In this document: positions 1 through 9,932 of the stretch, in pieces | How positions within the stretch are numbered: position 1 is the first letter of the stretch | How the letters are laid out: every line of letters starts with the position of its first letter | Virus record (IMG/VR): IMGVR_UViG_3300030372_000590 | Span: 1-34,638 of that record | Source of the DNA: a virus | Taxonomy: Duplodnaviria > Caudoviricetes | Direction: 5' to 3' (one strand) | DNA: 34,638 nt | Translations under genes and position numbers: made by a program | Notes under the pieces: model-generated | What the model saw: the letters and a program-made list of their open reading frames with translations, nothing else | The model's database searches: none | Told to the model about the DNA's origin: nothing

Positions 1-113
1 TTTTGCTCCAGAAGAAGCAGCGTTAAAAGTAAAATAACCACTACCACTTGTTGGGGCTGCTACTACATAATTTTTTGTTCCTGTTTCAGTATGAAACCTG
101 TTCCAATGTCCTG
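1..113. repeat. Terminal direct repeat, left copy (identical to 34526-34638); circular assembly overlap
   Basis: TTTTGCTCCAGAAG...CCAATGTCCTG is identical at both ends over 113 bp, and a reading frame continues across the join. Confidence 0.97.
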
Positions 114-339
114 TCGTGTAATTTGTTGTAGGACGACTTGCTAAGGCAGTATATATAGGGTCTGTTGAATCTCCTGATACTATAGCATCTATAACTACAT
201 TTAAACCAGTACCAAGTGCTAAAGCATTACCCCAATTAAGATGTTCTCCTGAATATATAGAGTCTGTTTTATATATTTCTAACCCTTTTCTATTTGGTGT
301 TCCCTGTGGTGATATTTGTTGTTGATAATTAATCGGCAT
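1..339 (-). CDS. 5' part of a 251-aa putative virion/tail protein that crosses the circular junction (continues 34525 to 34109)
   Basis: ATG at 339 after an A-rich leader: MPINYQQQISPQGTPNRKGLEIYK...AASSGAK, continuing in frame as LSYAGIYQQ...KTFNT*. Missing from the ORF track because it is split; lies among tail genes. Confidence 0.85.
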   Translation of the reverse strand, partial: MPINYQQQISPQGTPNRKGLEIYKTDSIYSGEHLNWGNALALGTGLNVVIDAIVSGDSTDPIYTALASRPTTNYTTGHWNRFHTETGTKNYVVAAPTSGSGYFTFNAASSGAK

Positions 340-357
340 ATTTATTTTTTTATTATT

Positions 358-3300
358 TTACGCACTACCACTATGTGGTGCTTCAAATTCTTCTACATCA
401 TCTGTGTTAATATAAATACCATTACCCCAGTTAGTAGTATTACTTGAACCTGCAGGAGGTGCAGATGCTGCAAACGTACCAAACTCCTTCCAACAAATTA
501 ACTCTACTTTAGTTACTGTGTTTTTATTTGGTTTATAATCTATTACTTTATTTATTCTGTAGTAAACCCCATCTATATAAACAAGTTTTCTAAAGTCTAA
601 TGATGTAATATCAGATAATTTTAAATTTAGATAAACACTTCTTATTCTTGGATTAGTTTTGACCATTTCAAACATTTTTTTGTAATATGTTTCAAAAAGT
701 CCTTTACCTGCAACTATAGGATCATAATTACCATTTTCATCATAATGCTCTATCCAAGCATTACCATAAGAAAGAACAGGCATTTCATTACTATGCCTAT
801 TTATCATAGTTGCTTGAGGAATTTTATTACTTAAAATAAATCCTGTAACAGTTGCTGATGAGTCTGCAACTAAATGTCTAAAACCAGAATTACCACTCCA
901 AATTTGCACATTAACTTGATGTCTAGTGTCTTGAGTATTAGCAGGACTATATTTTCTATACGATAAAAGTCTAGGTAAGAAATCAAACCCTTTTGGAGTG
1001 TTTGCTCTACTTGACCCAGCACTTACTGTTGTTTCCCATAAACAAGCAGAATAAGCAGGTCTTGAAAATATACTTCCCCCAGCATCTGAGTCTTGTGCGT
1101 TGTATGTTCCTGCAAAAAACGGATTTTCAAAAACACTTATTCCTCTTTCAAAAGAATCAGAAAGTGTTTCATAAAAAGGGGACTCATCATGTATTTTGTT
1201 AAAATACCTTTCTCCTCTGTTTTGTACTTTTAAATCTTTACTATCAGATTTATATTTAAAAACAACATCTCTTTTTAAATCTGTTTTTATCCAAGCATCT
1301 TTAATTTCTTTACTCCTGTCTAGTTTTTGCGTCCAATCTATAGCGTGTTCATATGTTTTATAAAAATCATCAAAAGGTTCTATATAAACTATTTTAGCAA
1401 TTTCATCTGTTGTTAAGGTAAGATTAAAAGCGTGAGCAACACCTTTAATAAAGTCTAGTTGTTTATAGTTTTTATTAATTACTTTATCTAAATCATATGT
1501 TTGACCCCATGAAACAGGAGCAGGGTTTAAAGAAATTTGAAAGTCTGATGCTGCTCTTGCTCTCCATATAACAGATACATAAAAATCCTGATTAGCATCA
1601 CTTGTTTGTGTTAAACGTATTCCCTTTGAAAACCTTATTTTATCATTTTTGTTTAGCCATCTATTTTGTTCAAGATAACCTTCTGTATTTTGATAAGCAG
1701 TAAATGAATTTACTTCGTCAGTTACAATGTGAGTTCCGTTTGCATTTAAAGGTTCTAGCCCTAAACTTTCTATTTGACCAATTATATTCCAACTTGTCTG
1801 CCCTGCTGTTTTTAATTCTATATTTATACAACAATCTAGTTCTTCAACAGACTCGCTTTGTGAGCCAGTATGATAGAGTGTTGCTACTTTAACCTGCATC
1901 TCTGCAAATTTTATAGTATAATATCCAAATTCTCCTATAGTAATTTCATTGCTACTTGTAGAAAGCCTAGAGTTATTATCTAAATCAATTTTTACATTAT
2001 AGCCAGAAGGACTTTGTGCTGTTGATGTGTTAAAACCTAATGGGTCTCTACTAGACCCAGTATAATGGGTGTCTGCATCATTCTCATCTAAAGCAGAATC
2101 AGTAAAACCAAAAGCATAATCTACAGTTACAGCAGTAGCCCCTGAACCAACAGTAGTGTTTCTTTCATTTACCCATTTATATTCCATCCCAAACTCATTA
2201 TATCTATCATCAGCATTATTATATTTAAAATTAGGAAGTAGCCATACTAATTTTTTAAACTTATCTGTATTGATAAAATCAGAAGATATAGTATATCCTA
2301 TTTTAGAAAATATTGCTTCAAATGTTGTTTTAACCCAAAGTGCAGGTCTCCAATCTGATGCTGGAGGGGGAGTTCCATAAGCGTCTCCATTATTATTAAA
2401 TCCTTGATAGCCGATAGTTGCAGAAGATGTAGTAGGATAAACTCCATAGTGATTGTCTAAAAGTTGTACTGTGTAAGGCATACCATCAGTATTATAGTCT
2501 CCATAAGAAACTACAGGATAAACAAAAGGAGAAGAGTCAGACTCGCTATGCTCTTGAGACCAAGTAGCAACTACAGCATCTTTATTATAACTTAATTGAT
2601 TACCATCAGCACCCCATAAGCCATACCCATCACTAAATGTTTCATTCATTAATTTACCATCTAAATCTTTTGCCCAACTTAAATTATTACCATAAAAAAC
2701 ACAGTCATAATACGATGGAGATTCTCCATGCCCTCCTATACCAGTTACTTTTATAAAACCCTCTAAAGAATAAAAATCATTTACTAATATTCTACATTTT
2801 CTTCCAAAAGAAAGAGGTTGTCCAATATATTCTATATTAGGATTAAATTGTTGTTTTAATATTTTATTATTGTTTTTTGTAGCAGGAATTTTGAATGTTT
2901 TACTAAAATCTCCACTTGTAGAGGTAATATCTTTTAAGTCTGAAACTTGAAATGTTAAAGCAAGAGGGAACTCTGAGTGGTCTGACACATCTAATGACCC
3001 TGCAACACTTTTTTCCCAAACTATACCAGTATCATCTGTAAGTTCAACCGCTATTGTACCTGAGTTTGTTCCTACACCAAAAATTCTAATACCTCCTGTA
3101 GCCCCTGCAGCCCAAGTAAAAGTGTGTGTGTGTGTTCCGTTAGAATCACCCCTAACAGTTGTCCCTATCCCATTTGGAGTTCCTGTGCTATCAACTGAAG
3201 AAACACCCATGTTTCCTGTTCCATTAAAATTAGTAATTTTAATTTTTATATCATATTCTCTGCCTCCTACTAAATTAGGACTAATATTCTCAAAATATTT

Positions 3301-3456
3301 AGTTGCACCTGCTGCAACGCCAGTATTATCCCAATTAGCAGTTTGATTATTTTTTTGAGATATTGACCATCCAGTCGCTGGAGTTCCAAAACTACAATCT
3401 ACTAAATTACCCCCTTCTCCTTTCTTATAATCTAAGATTTCTATTTTTACAGACAT
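358..3456 (-). CDS. Large tail tip/hub protein (1032 aa)
   Basis: Long ORF in the tail cluster. The 'FPLALTFQVSDLKDI...FSKTFKIPATKNNN' and C-terminal 'YIDGVYYRINKVIDY' segments resemble Bacteroidota siphophage tail proteins; the N-terminal ~150 aa is beta-rich. Confidence 0.75.
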   Translation of the reverse strand: MSVKIEILDYKKGEGGNLVDCSFGTPATGWSISQKNNQTANWDNTGVAAGATKYFENISPNLVGGREYDIKIKITNFNGTGNMGVSSVDSTGTPNGIGTTVRGDSNGTHTHTFTWAAGATGGIRIFGVGTNSGTIAVELTDDTGIVWEKSVAGSLDVSDHSEFPLALTFQVSDLKDITSTSGDFSKTFKIPATKNNNKILKQQFNPNIEYIGQPLSFGRKCRILVNDFYSLEGFIKVTGIGGHGESPSYYDCVFYGNNLSWAKDLDGKLMNETFSDGYGLWGADGNQLSYNKDAVVATWSQEHSESDSSPFVYPVVSYGDYNTDGMPYTVQLLDNHYGVYPTTSSATIGYQGFNNNGDAYGTPPPASDWRPALWVKTTFEAIFSKIGYTISSDFINTDKFKKLVWLLPNFKYNNADDRYNEFGMEYKWVNERNTTVGSGATAVTVDYAFGFTDSALDENDADTHYTGSSRDPLGFNTSTAQSPSGYNVKIDLDNNSRLSTSSNEITIGEFGYYTIKFAEMQVKVATLYHTGSQSESVEELDCCINIELKTAGQTSWNIIGQIESLGLEPLNANGTHIVTDEVNSFTAYQNTEGYLEQNRWLNKNDKIRFSKGIRLTQTSDANQDFYVSVIWRARAASDFQISLNPAPVSWGQTYDLDKVINKNYKQLDFIKGVAHAFNLTLTTDEIAKIVYIEPFDDFYKTYEHAIDWTQKLDRSKEIKDAWIKTDLKRDVVFKYKSDSKDLKVQNRGERYFNKIHDESPFYETLSDSFERGISVFENPFFAGTYNAQDSDAGGSIFSRPAYSACLWETTVSAGSSRANTPKGFDFLPRLLSYRKYSPANTQDTRHQVNVQIWSGNSGFRHLVADSSATVTGFILSNKIPQATMINRHSNEMPVLSYGNAWIEHYDENGNYDPIVAGKGLFETYYKKMFEMVKTNPRIRSVYLNLKLSDITSLDFRKLVYIDGVYYRINKVIDYKPNKNTVTKVELICWKEFGTFAASAPPAGSSNTTNWGNGIYINTDDVEEFEAPHSGSA

Positions 3457-3459
3457 ATA

Positions 3460-5274
3460 TTAATTGCTTTGTGTAATTGTTTTATGTGCTAATGTATATT
3501 CTATATTAAAAGTAACAAGCCCTTGCTCTTGATTAACAGTTTCAACATCACTATTAGTTATAATAATTGGTATATAATCTCTTGTTGAAGGTCTTAGATG
3601 AGTGTTGTAAAGATTACCCACTTTAGTTGCATCATTATTCATTTCTACCCAAACATTAGGCGATAACATCATTTTAGAAAGCCATTCAGCCTCTTCAGTA
3701 TTTAAAGGCTCAGTATAAACACTTTGTACACGCTGTGCTTCAACACTTGTTACTTCTCTACCTCCTTTATATATATCTCCCCCTCTCATTGTATCTGATT
3801 TATACATATCAGTATCTAAATCAGTTCCTACATTTGTTGAGTTTTGATACCAAGTTTTATCTGTTGTATTAGCCTCTATTGTGTTTCTATTTATTGTATA
3901 ACCTTCTGCAATATTTCTTTTTGCTGTATAACTATCTGTTGACCCTAAGTTATTTAGCCAATGAAATCTAACAAATTTGTAAGGCTCGTTTTCATCTTCT
4001 CTATCTATTTTGTAGTATCTATATTCAGATGTCCTTCTTGAGTTTGCAGGAGTGTCTCCAGAAAACCTATATATACTAACTCTATAACAATCTGTGTCTG
4101 AAGTTATTTTATCTCCTGAATATGCTGTCCAATAAGGAAATGCTGCTGAACCAGAATCATTATATGTATAACAATTTGCAGTATTTTTTATAAAATAAGG
4201 AGATACGTTTTGAGTAGTCATTACGTTCTGGTAATCTTTTAAAACATGCATACCAAGTGAAGCGTTTACAACCTTTAGTAAAGTATCTTCAAAATCTCTT
4301 ATATAAAACTGATTTTGTGCAATACCATCACTTGTAAATGTTTCTACATACATTCCACAGGCTCTTACTGTATCTTCACCTGCTGAACCACCTATACTTT
4401 CAGAGTCTATTCTATAAAAATAAAAGTTCAAAAACTCTGCTTGTTCATCCATTCTGACAAGTTTTTTACCATAACTGCCAGTACTGTATAAGTAATTATT
4501 ATATTTACTTAAAAACTTATATGACTGAATCGTAGATGATGCACTAGAATTTGCCATAAGATACGACCCACCATAATTGTTATGTGCATAATAAACTCCA
4601 TCAGAAGAAATTTGATTTACAGAATTTATAACTGAAATTGTATTTGAATTTAAAGTGCCTGTTGGTTCTATATCACCATCATCAAGTATTACATATGGAA
4701 CTGCTTTTACTCTTAATCTTCTAAAAGTTCCATTCTTAGAAACATTGAATAAACTTACAGGATTTCCAGATAGTGAAGCATCATTTGATATAACATTATC
4801 CTGCATTATAGCCCCTCCATTCATACCTCCATATTTGTAACTTTGCCAAGTCCCTTTGTTTACTGGACATAAACTATAAGACAATTCATCTGAAACCACC
4901 TGACTAACATCTACAGTAAACCTATGGTTAGGGGCTGCAGTACCAGTATCATATTTTTTATTAATAATATCTCTAGTTTTTGTTATTACAGCAATTTGTT
5001 CCCATCCATTTATAGCCGCATCATCAGTATTCATACAAACCTCTACATAAAACTTTACATAAACAACATCACCTGAAGTTGCTGTTGAGTTGCTTATAGA
5101 TGGTTCTGTTGCTTCAGTTAAATTAGTGCTTTTCCAAACAACTTGATACCTTAAAGGGTCGTTAACGCTTTTTAAATAGTTATCTCTAGCACTATAAAAC
5201 GCCCCTTCTAAATCACTATTTGTAAAATCTACAGGTTGAAACCCCCAATTACATTGTCCATTTCTACTTGCCAT
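3460..5274 (-). CDS. Tail structural protein, possibly distal-tail-like (604 aa)
   Basis: C-terminal 'RFHWLNNLGSTDSY...EEAEWLSKMMLSPNVW' motif typical of the gene preceding the tail hub in Bacteroidota siphophages; position in the tail cluster. Confidence 0.65.
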   Translation of the reverse strand: MASRNGQCNWGFQPVDFTNSDLEGAFYSARDNYLKSVNDPLRYQVVWKSTNLTEATEPSISNSTATSGDVVYVKFYVEVCMNTDDAAINGWEQIAVITKTRDIINKKYDTGTAAPNHRFTVDVSQVVSDELSYSLCPVNKGTWQSYKYGGMNGGAIMQDNVISNDASLSGNPVSLFNVSKNGTFRRLRVKAVPYVILDDGDIEPTGTLNSNTISVINSVNQISSDGVYYAHNNYGGSYLMANSSASSTIQSYKFLSKYNNYLYSTGSYGKKLVRMDEQAEFLNFYFYRIDSESIGGSAGEDTVRACGMYVETFTSDGIAQNQFYIRDFEDTLLKVVNASLGMHVLKDYQNVMTTQNVSPYFIKNTANCYTYNDSGSAAFPYWTAYSGDKITSDTDCYRVSIYRFSGDTPANSRRTSEYRYYKIDREDENEPYKFVRFHWLNNLGSTDSYTAKRNIAEGYTINRNTIEANTTDKTWYQNSTNVGTDLDTDMYKSDTMRGGDIYKGGREVTSVEAQRVQSVYTEPLNTEEAEWLSKMMLSPNVWVEMNNDATKVGNLYNTHLRPSTRDYIPIIITNSDVETVNQEQGLVTFNIEYTLAHKTITQSN

Positions 5275-5276
5275 AA

Positions 5277-6428
5277 TTAATAAATTTTATATTTTGTGTT
5301 TAAATAATTTCTAACATCTAACTTTTCTGCTATTGTTAATAGTCTATTGTAAACAATAATCTCTTCTACATCAGTATTTGTAAAATCTGTAGTATCTACT
5401 CTCACACCTATAGAAAGAGCAGACCCATTCCATACAAGTAAATCAGACCACCCTATCATCGTTGTGCTTACTTGTGTTTCGTTATTAAACTGTGTAGTTA
5501 ATGTTCCACTATTTCCATTAAGACTTGTTGCTATCAACCCATAACTACTAGAAGATGCAGTAGAATTATGGTCTGCAAAAAGAAGTCCACTAGTAGCATA
5601 TGAACGAAACTTATTGTTTTTAAATCCAATTTGTATTTTCTGCGTAGTCGGTGTTCTTTGATAAGAAAGAATATCTTTACTGGCTGTACCTGCGTAATTT
5701 TGTTTTCCAACAACAAATATTGTATAACTGTTTGTAGATACAGGAAAGTTAGAACCTGAGCCAAAACTATCATTTGTACCATCAAAAGATATATATGCTT
5801 TGTCATTAGCACCATCATAGCCCTCTCTTAAAGGTTTATTTGCTTCTGTATTTTGTTCAAAATTATAACCATTTCCAGATTGGTCTGCCCAAGCACTTAT
5901 TCTTTTAGATGCTATATCAAATGTAACCCCACTATCTGCTTTTAACCACAACACTAAATCAGAAAAGTCAGATGGGTATTGAGATACTGGTCTAAAACAT
6001 TTTGTAAACGCACTCATTGTAAAAGTAAGTTTTAATTGCACTAATCTGTCGTTTGCTACTTCTTTTACTCTTTCAATTTCTATACTTTCATCATTTAAGT
6101 AAGCGTCTACTGTTACATCTTGATAGTTTTTTAATACAAAGTCTAGCCATTCATTAGCCAAGTCTTGTAGGTTATCCCATCTTTTTTGTAGTGTTACTAC
6201 TGATTGTGCTGCTTGAGAATATAAGTTATAGAAATTTATTTCAAAAGTGTATTCTTCTCTACCATTATATATTTGTGGTATAGTAGATTCTGGCGGTTCT
6301 ATAAGCAGTAATGGGTATTTTATGTCGTGATCTTGGTTTACCTCTCCCTCATAACCAAACTTTACATCTCCATAAGTCCATTTGCTTTCAAATACTGATA
6401 TTATATCTGTTAATCTTGTTATTGCCAT
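5277..6428 (-). CDS. Putative tail terminator-like domain fused to a LamG/concanavalin-like domain (383 aa)
   Basis: N-terminal ~145 aa has a terminator-like pattern (KYPLLLIEP...TFEINFY). C-terminal 'LVLWLKAD...WADQSGNG...FDGTND...EIIVYNRLL...YLNTKY' is a phage LamG-like signature. Confidence 0.6.
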   Translation of the reverse strand: MAITRLTDIISVFESKWTYGDVKFGYEGEVNQDHDIKYPLLLIEPPESTIPQIYNGREEYTFEINFYNLYSQAAQSVVTLQKRWDNLQDLANEWLDFVLKNYQDVTVDAYLNDESIEIERVKEVANDRLVQLKLTFTMSAFTKCFRPVSQYPSDFSDLVLWLKADSGVTFDIASKRISAWADQSGNGYNFEQNTEANKPLREGYDGANDKAYISFDGTNDSFGSGSNFPVSTNSYTIFVVGKQNYAGTASKDILSYQRTPTTQKIQIGFKNNKFRSYATSGLLFADHNSTASSSSYGLIATSLNGNSGTLTTQFNNETQVSTTMIGWSDLLVWNGSALSIGVRVDTTDFTNTDVEEIIVYNRLLTIAEKLDVRNYLNTKYKIY

Positions 6429-6430
6429 TA

Positions 6431-6769
6431 TTACAATGTTATATTATTTTTATTATGTATTTTTTCTTGAACAGCAGTTTCATAATCATTTTTAGCAGTA
6501 TTCCAACTTAAATAAGTCAAAACCTTATATAAGTCTGTTTTTTTTACGCTTTCTATATGATTTTCTCCTTCCATTTTAAATACTTTTTTTTCTGCCACCA
6601 TATATAAACTGTTTAACCAGCCATATGGTTTTATGAATTTGTTGTAGAGTCCAATTGTAGAAACTCTGTTTTTGCCTGTTCCACTTCCTCTTCTGTTTTC
6701 CCCAAAAACATTTGGAAAGTCCTTGTTAATTTTACGCTTTGCATAGTCAAAAAAAAACTGAACTCCCAA
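6431..6769 (-). CDS. -1 frame extension (GT-like part) of the tail assembly chaperone; probably not independently initiated
   Basis: Overlaps the upstream ORF by 139 nt and has only a TTG start. Entered through the T9 slippery run at 6749-6757. Confidence 0.7.
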   Translation of the reverse strand: MGVQFFFDYAKRKINKDFPNVFGENRRGSGTGKNRVSTIGLYNKFIKPYGWLNSLYMVAEKKVFKMEGENHIESVKKTDLYKVLTYLSWNTAKNDYETAVQEKIHNKNNITL

Positions 6770-7311
6770 ACTACGTCCATTGTTAATTCTTTAAATTTTT
6801 CTGTTTTTTCTGGTATTATGTCATCATCATACTCTTCTCCTGCCTCTCTGCACAATATTGCCATTTGTTCTGGCAAAACATCAAATCTTCCATGCTTCAT
6901 TATCTTTATTGTGCTATCTAAGTGTGTAGACTCTATATAATCACCAAAAGTGTTTCTTTTTAAAAATTCTTTTGGAAAATAATATGTTTTATCATCTAAC
7001 TCAAATTTTTCTGTGCCTTTTGGTTTATATTCTTCTAAAGCACCTGCAAAAGCATTGATAGCACTATTAACGCTATCTAAATCAAGTAGACTCATTTCAT
7101 TTTCTTTAAGACCAGTCAAATACATAAAAATATCTCTATTCATTTTTAGTAACTCTACTTCTGAATGGTCTGCCTCTATAATATTCCCTCCTTCATCCTT
7201 TTTATTGTACTTGTTGATGATAGCGTATAGCCCACACCAATAGTTCAATTTCATGTCTTTCCATTCTGTTGGAATATCATAGTTTTTGTCTTGAATTTTA
7301 ATTTGTATCAT
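6631..7311 (-). CDS. Tail assembly chaperone (G-like, 226 aa)
   Basis: 'IPTEWKDMKL' N-terminus, 'TFGDYIE', and a 'VWEFSFF' motif encoded over a T TTT TTT slippery site. Confidence 0.7.
   Translation of the reverse strand: MIQIKIQDKNYDIPTEWKDMKLNYWCGLYAIINKYNKKDEGGNIIEADHSEVELLKMNRDIFMYLTGLKENEMSLLDLDSVNSAINAFAGALEEYKPKGTEKFELDDKTYYFPKEFLKRNTFGDYIESTHLDSTIKIMKHGRFDVLPEQMAILCREAGEEYDDDIIPEKTEKFKELTMDVVWEFSFFLTMQSVKLTRTFQMFLGKTEEEVEQAKTEFLQLDSTTNS
6749..6757 (-). other. Putative programmed -1 frameshift site (AGT TTT TTT TTG)
   Basis: Nine T on the minus strand fit X XXY YYZ, and the -1 frame stays open for 106 further codons. Confidence 0.7.
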
Positions 7312-7315
7312 ATTA

Positions 7316-7756
7316 TTAGTTTTTACTTAACATTTTTCCAAAAATTTCGTTTATCAGTTTTTCATTTTCTGTTTCGTCTATTAGAATATCTGCTAACTCT
7401 CCAGTTGTATCTTCACAATGAATCCCTATCCTTTCCAAAATATCTCTCAACTCTAAATCATTATCGCCATCTTTTAGTGCTGTTAAAAAACCAATAGCAG
7501 TATAAAAAGACATATTTGGTATTAAAAACAAAAATTCTGCAACAGAACCTTTATCACAATTTTTTTTGCTAACTACTGTATCGTGAAAATTATTAGAATA
7601 CATATAAATTGAATCAAGTATAGATAAGTAATCTTGAAACTTGCCATCTTTTGTGTTTTCTGTAGCATAATACATCATTCTCTGCATCATTTTTAAATGC
7701 CTGTCAACAATCTCTTTATGTTGCTCGTTTAAGTAAATTACTTTATTATCTTTCAT
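7316..7756 (-). CDS. Hypothetical protein (146 aa from ATG 7756)
   Basis: ORF track 7316-7777; ATG at 7756 follows an A-rich leader and lies downstream of a promoter-like box. Confidence 0.7.
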   Translation of the reverse strand: MKDNKVIYLNEQHKEIVDRHLKMMQRMMYYATENTKDGKFQDYLSILDSIYMYSNNFHDTVVSKKNCDKGSVAEFLFLIPNMSFYTAIGFLTALKDGDNDLELRDILERIGIHCEDTTGELADILIDETENEKLINEIFGKMLSKN

Positions 7757-7784
7757 AATTTTTTGAAAATTATTCAAAACTTCA

Positions 7785-7792
7785 CAAAATTA
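7785..7792 (-). promoter_or_regulatory. Bacteroidota-type -7 promoter box (TAATTTTG) ahead of the tail operon
   Basis: Matches TAnnTTTG in the intergenic gap after terL; no -33 TTTG at the usual spacing. Confidence 0.45.
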
Positions 7793-7839
7793 CATTCATT
7801 TACTCTAATATTTTCATAGTTTTCTAACAAACTGAAAAA

Positions 7840-9282
7840 TTAATTAAAATATACTATTTTACCTCTTCCTCCCCAAATTTCTTTATTTACAGCCATAACT
7901 AAGCAATCTACCATATCATCATGCTTTGCTGATGGGAATTTAGATAGTTGGTCTAAAAACTCTTCATTCCACCTGCCATTTAATAAACTTACCCTACCAC
8001 TCTCTAATGATGCACTAATATCACTTACTCTTGCTACTTTATCTTTAGTTGGCGGTTTATCTTCTTTTACATTTAGTCCTGTTTCCCTAATTAATGTTTG
8101 TACTATAGATTTACCAGATGCTTTTGGCTCTACATATATTCTACTTCTATTAGTATAGCCATTCTTCTTTACCCATTCAGGAATAAACTTAACAAGTTCT
8201 GGAAATTCTTTCCTAACATTAGTGCAATCTACTATTTGCCACTTATTATCTGTATATGTATACGCTAACAATGCTGAAGGGTCATTTTTTTGGTTTGCAG
8301 TATATGCTGGGTCTATAATAAAGTTTACTGTTGCTTCTTCTTTTCTATATCTATCTATCTTAAACCAATCTCTATGTATCATACCACTATCTAAGGGTGT
8401 TGGTGTTTGTTGTAGTTGTCCTGCATAGCCATAAGTTCCTAAAGCATTTTTGTAATCATCTAAAACTTTTTTGCTAAATCTATCTTCCCAAAACAATCCA
8501 TTTTCTTTATTATAAAATTGAACTAATGATTTTGGTTTTATATTACCATCTTCATTAGTTGCAGGTATGCATATATGCTTATAATTAAATCTTGTTTCTT
8601 TATCTAACAAGAATCCACTTAAATCATCTTCGTGTACTCTTTGCATTATTATAATCCTCACTCCTATATCTGCTTGGTTAAGTCTTGAGTAAAATGTTGT
8701 CCTATACCACTCATTTGCATTTTCTCTTTCTGTTGCTGAGTTTGCCATTTGTGGTGATAGAGGGTCATCTACAATTAAGAAATCTCCCCCTTGACCAGTA
8801 ACTGTACCTCCAACAGATGTTGCTCTTCGCATACCAATATGATTGTTCTCGTATCTCTCTTTTAAGTTTTGGTCTTTCTTAATAAAGAAAACATCACCCC
8901 ATCTTTTCTTAAACCAATCACTAAATATTATATCTCTACTCTTAGTAGACAGTTCAATAGATAGTGTTGCAGAATAGGATGAGGTTATAAATCTTAGTTT
9001 TGGTGATTTTATCCAAGCCCATACTGGAAACATAACAGTAACTATTAAAGATTTTGTACTACGAAAGGGTACGTTAATAATTATATCTTTTGTTTTTGGT
9101 TCTTGTCTTATTATCCTTTCACATTCTGCTTGTAGTGTATCGCATATATATTTATGATGCCAATTAGTTGATAGAGGTACTGCAGGTTCTACCACATGCC
9201 AAGCCTTTTTAAAGAACTCATAGAAACTCATCTCACAAAGTTTCTTTTCAAGGGCAAACTTTAAAAGTTTTTTATTCGTCAT
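7840..9282 (-). CDS. terL: Terminase large subunit (480 aa)
   Basis: Walker A-like 'INVPFRSTKS', Walker B 'FLIVDDP', 'IIIMQRVHEDDLSG', and RNase H-like nuclease end 'IDPAYT...FPSAKHDDMVD'. Confidence 0.95.
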   Translation of the reverse strand: MTNKKLLKFALEKKLCEMSFYEFFKKAWHVVEPAVPLSTNWHHKYICDTLQAECERIIRQEPKTKDIIINVPFRSTKSLIVTVMFPVWAWIKSPKLRFITSSYSATLSIELSTKSRDIIFSDWFKKRWGDVFFIKKDQNLKERYENNHIGMRRATSVGGTVTGQGGDFLIVDDPLSPQMANSATERENANEWYRTTFYSRLNQADIGVRIIIMQRVHEDDLSGFLLDKETRFNYKHICIPATNEDGNIKPKSLVQFYNKENGLFWEDRFSKKVLDDYKNALGTYGYAGQLQQTPTPLDSGMIHRDWFKIDRYRKEEATVNFIIDPAYTANQKNDPSALLAYTYTDNKWQIVDCTNVRKEFPELVKFIPEWVKKNGYTNRSRIYVEPKASGKSIVQTLIRETGLNVKEDKPPTKDKVARVSDISASLESGRVSLLNGRWNEEFLDQLSKFPSAKHDDMVDCLVMAVNKEIWGGRGKIVYFN

Positions 9283-9682
9283 CTATATCTGTGTAGTCAA
9301 CATCTTCTGTATCTTCAAGACCTCTAATTTGATTTTTAATATCATCAAGAGTAGCACCTTCATTTAGTTTAATCTCAATCTTAGTATCTGTGTCTTTCTT
9401 AATCTCTGTTGATGATAATTTAGGTATAGCGTAGTTCATTAGTTTTGCTATAGCATCTATGTATGCTCTAGGGTCTTCATCAAATAATATATCTAATGCC
9501 ATCTTAATTTTTACTGGCTGCCCTTCTAAAGCATACGCCAATGACTTCCTAGTCATCTTAGCCACTTGCCTTACCTCATTGTTTTTAGGCAGTAGTGATT
9601 TAGGAGTATTATTATAGTTCTCATCTATCTTACCAAGTTGAGGTCTCTTCTTCCTTGCTTCTTCTCCTAACTTCTTATCCAT
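9272..9682 (-). CDS. Probable terminase small subunit (136 aa)
   Basis: Directly upstream of and overlapping terL; helical core 'AIAKLMNYAIPKLSS' and acidic tail. Confidence 0.65.
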   Translation of the reverse strand: MDKKLGEEARKKRPQLGKIDENYNNTPKSLLPKNNEVRQVAKMTRKSLAYALEGQPVKIKMALDILFDEDPRAYIDAIAKLMNYAIPKLSSTEIKKDTDTKIEIKLNEGATLDDIKNQIRGLEDTEDVDYTDIDDE

Positions 9683-9932
9683 TAAAGTATGTTTTTACAA
9701 ATATTGGTGTTTTAACCCCCATATAGCAGTTGATTGTGTTGAAGTGAAGAAACTCTTCTGCTTCTTCATAGCCCATGTTATCGTTTTCCATTAATGTATA
9801 TATACACTTATTAATAGAATAAACAACTATTACATTTCCATCTTTTTGTTGAAATCCAATTATAGCATCATCAAAACCATCTGCAGTTAAACACTCATTT
9901 TCTTCCAGTATTTCTTTTATTATAGTTTCCAT
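9675..9932 (-). CDS. Conserved phage hypothetical protein (85 aa from ATG 9932)
   Basis: Motif 'ADGFDDAIIG...VYS...EEAEEFLHFN...G..TPIF' recognised as a widespread small phage protein; the upstream extension in the ORF track looks intergenic. Confidence 0.7.
   Translation of the reverse strand: METIIKEILEENECLTADGFDDAIIGFQQKDGNVIVVYSINKCIYTLMENDNMGYEEAEEFLHFNTINCYMGVKTPIFVKTYFNG

Noticed and set aside
5534-5818. 94-aa minus-strand ORF nested in the LamG-fusion gene
   Set aside because: Alternate-frame shadow with no leader signal or motif.
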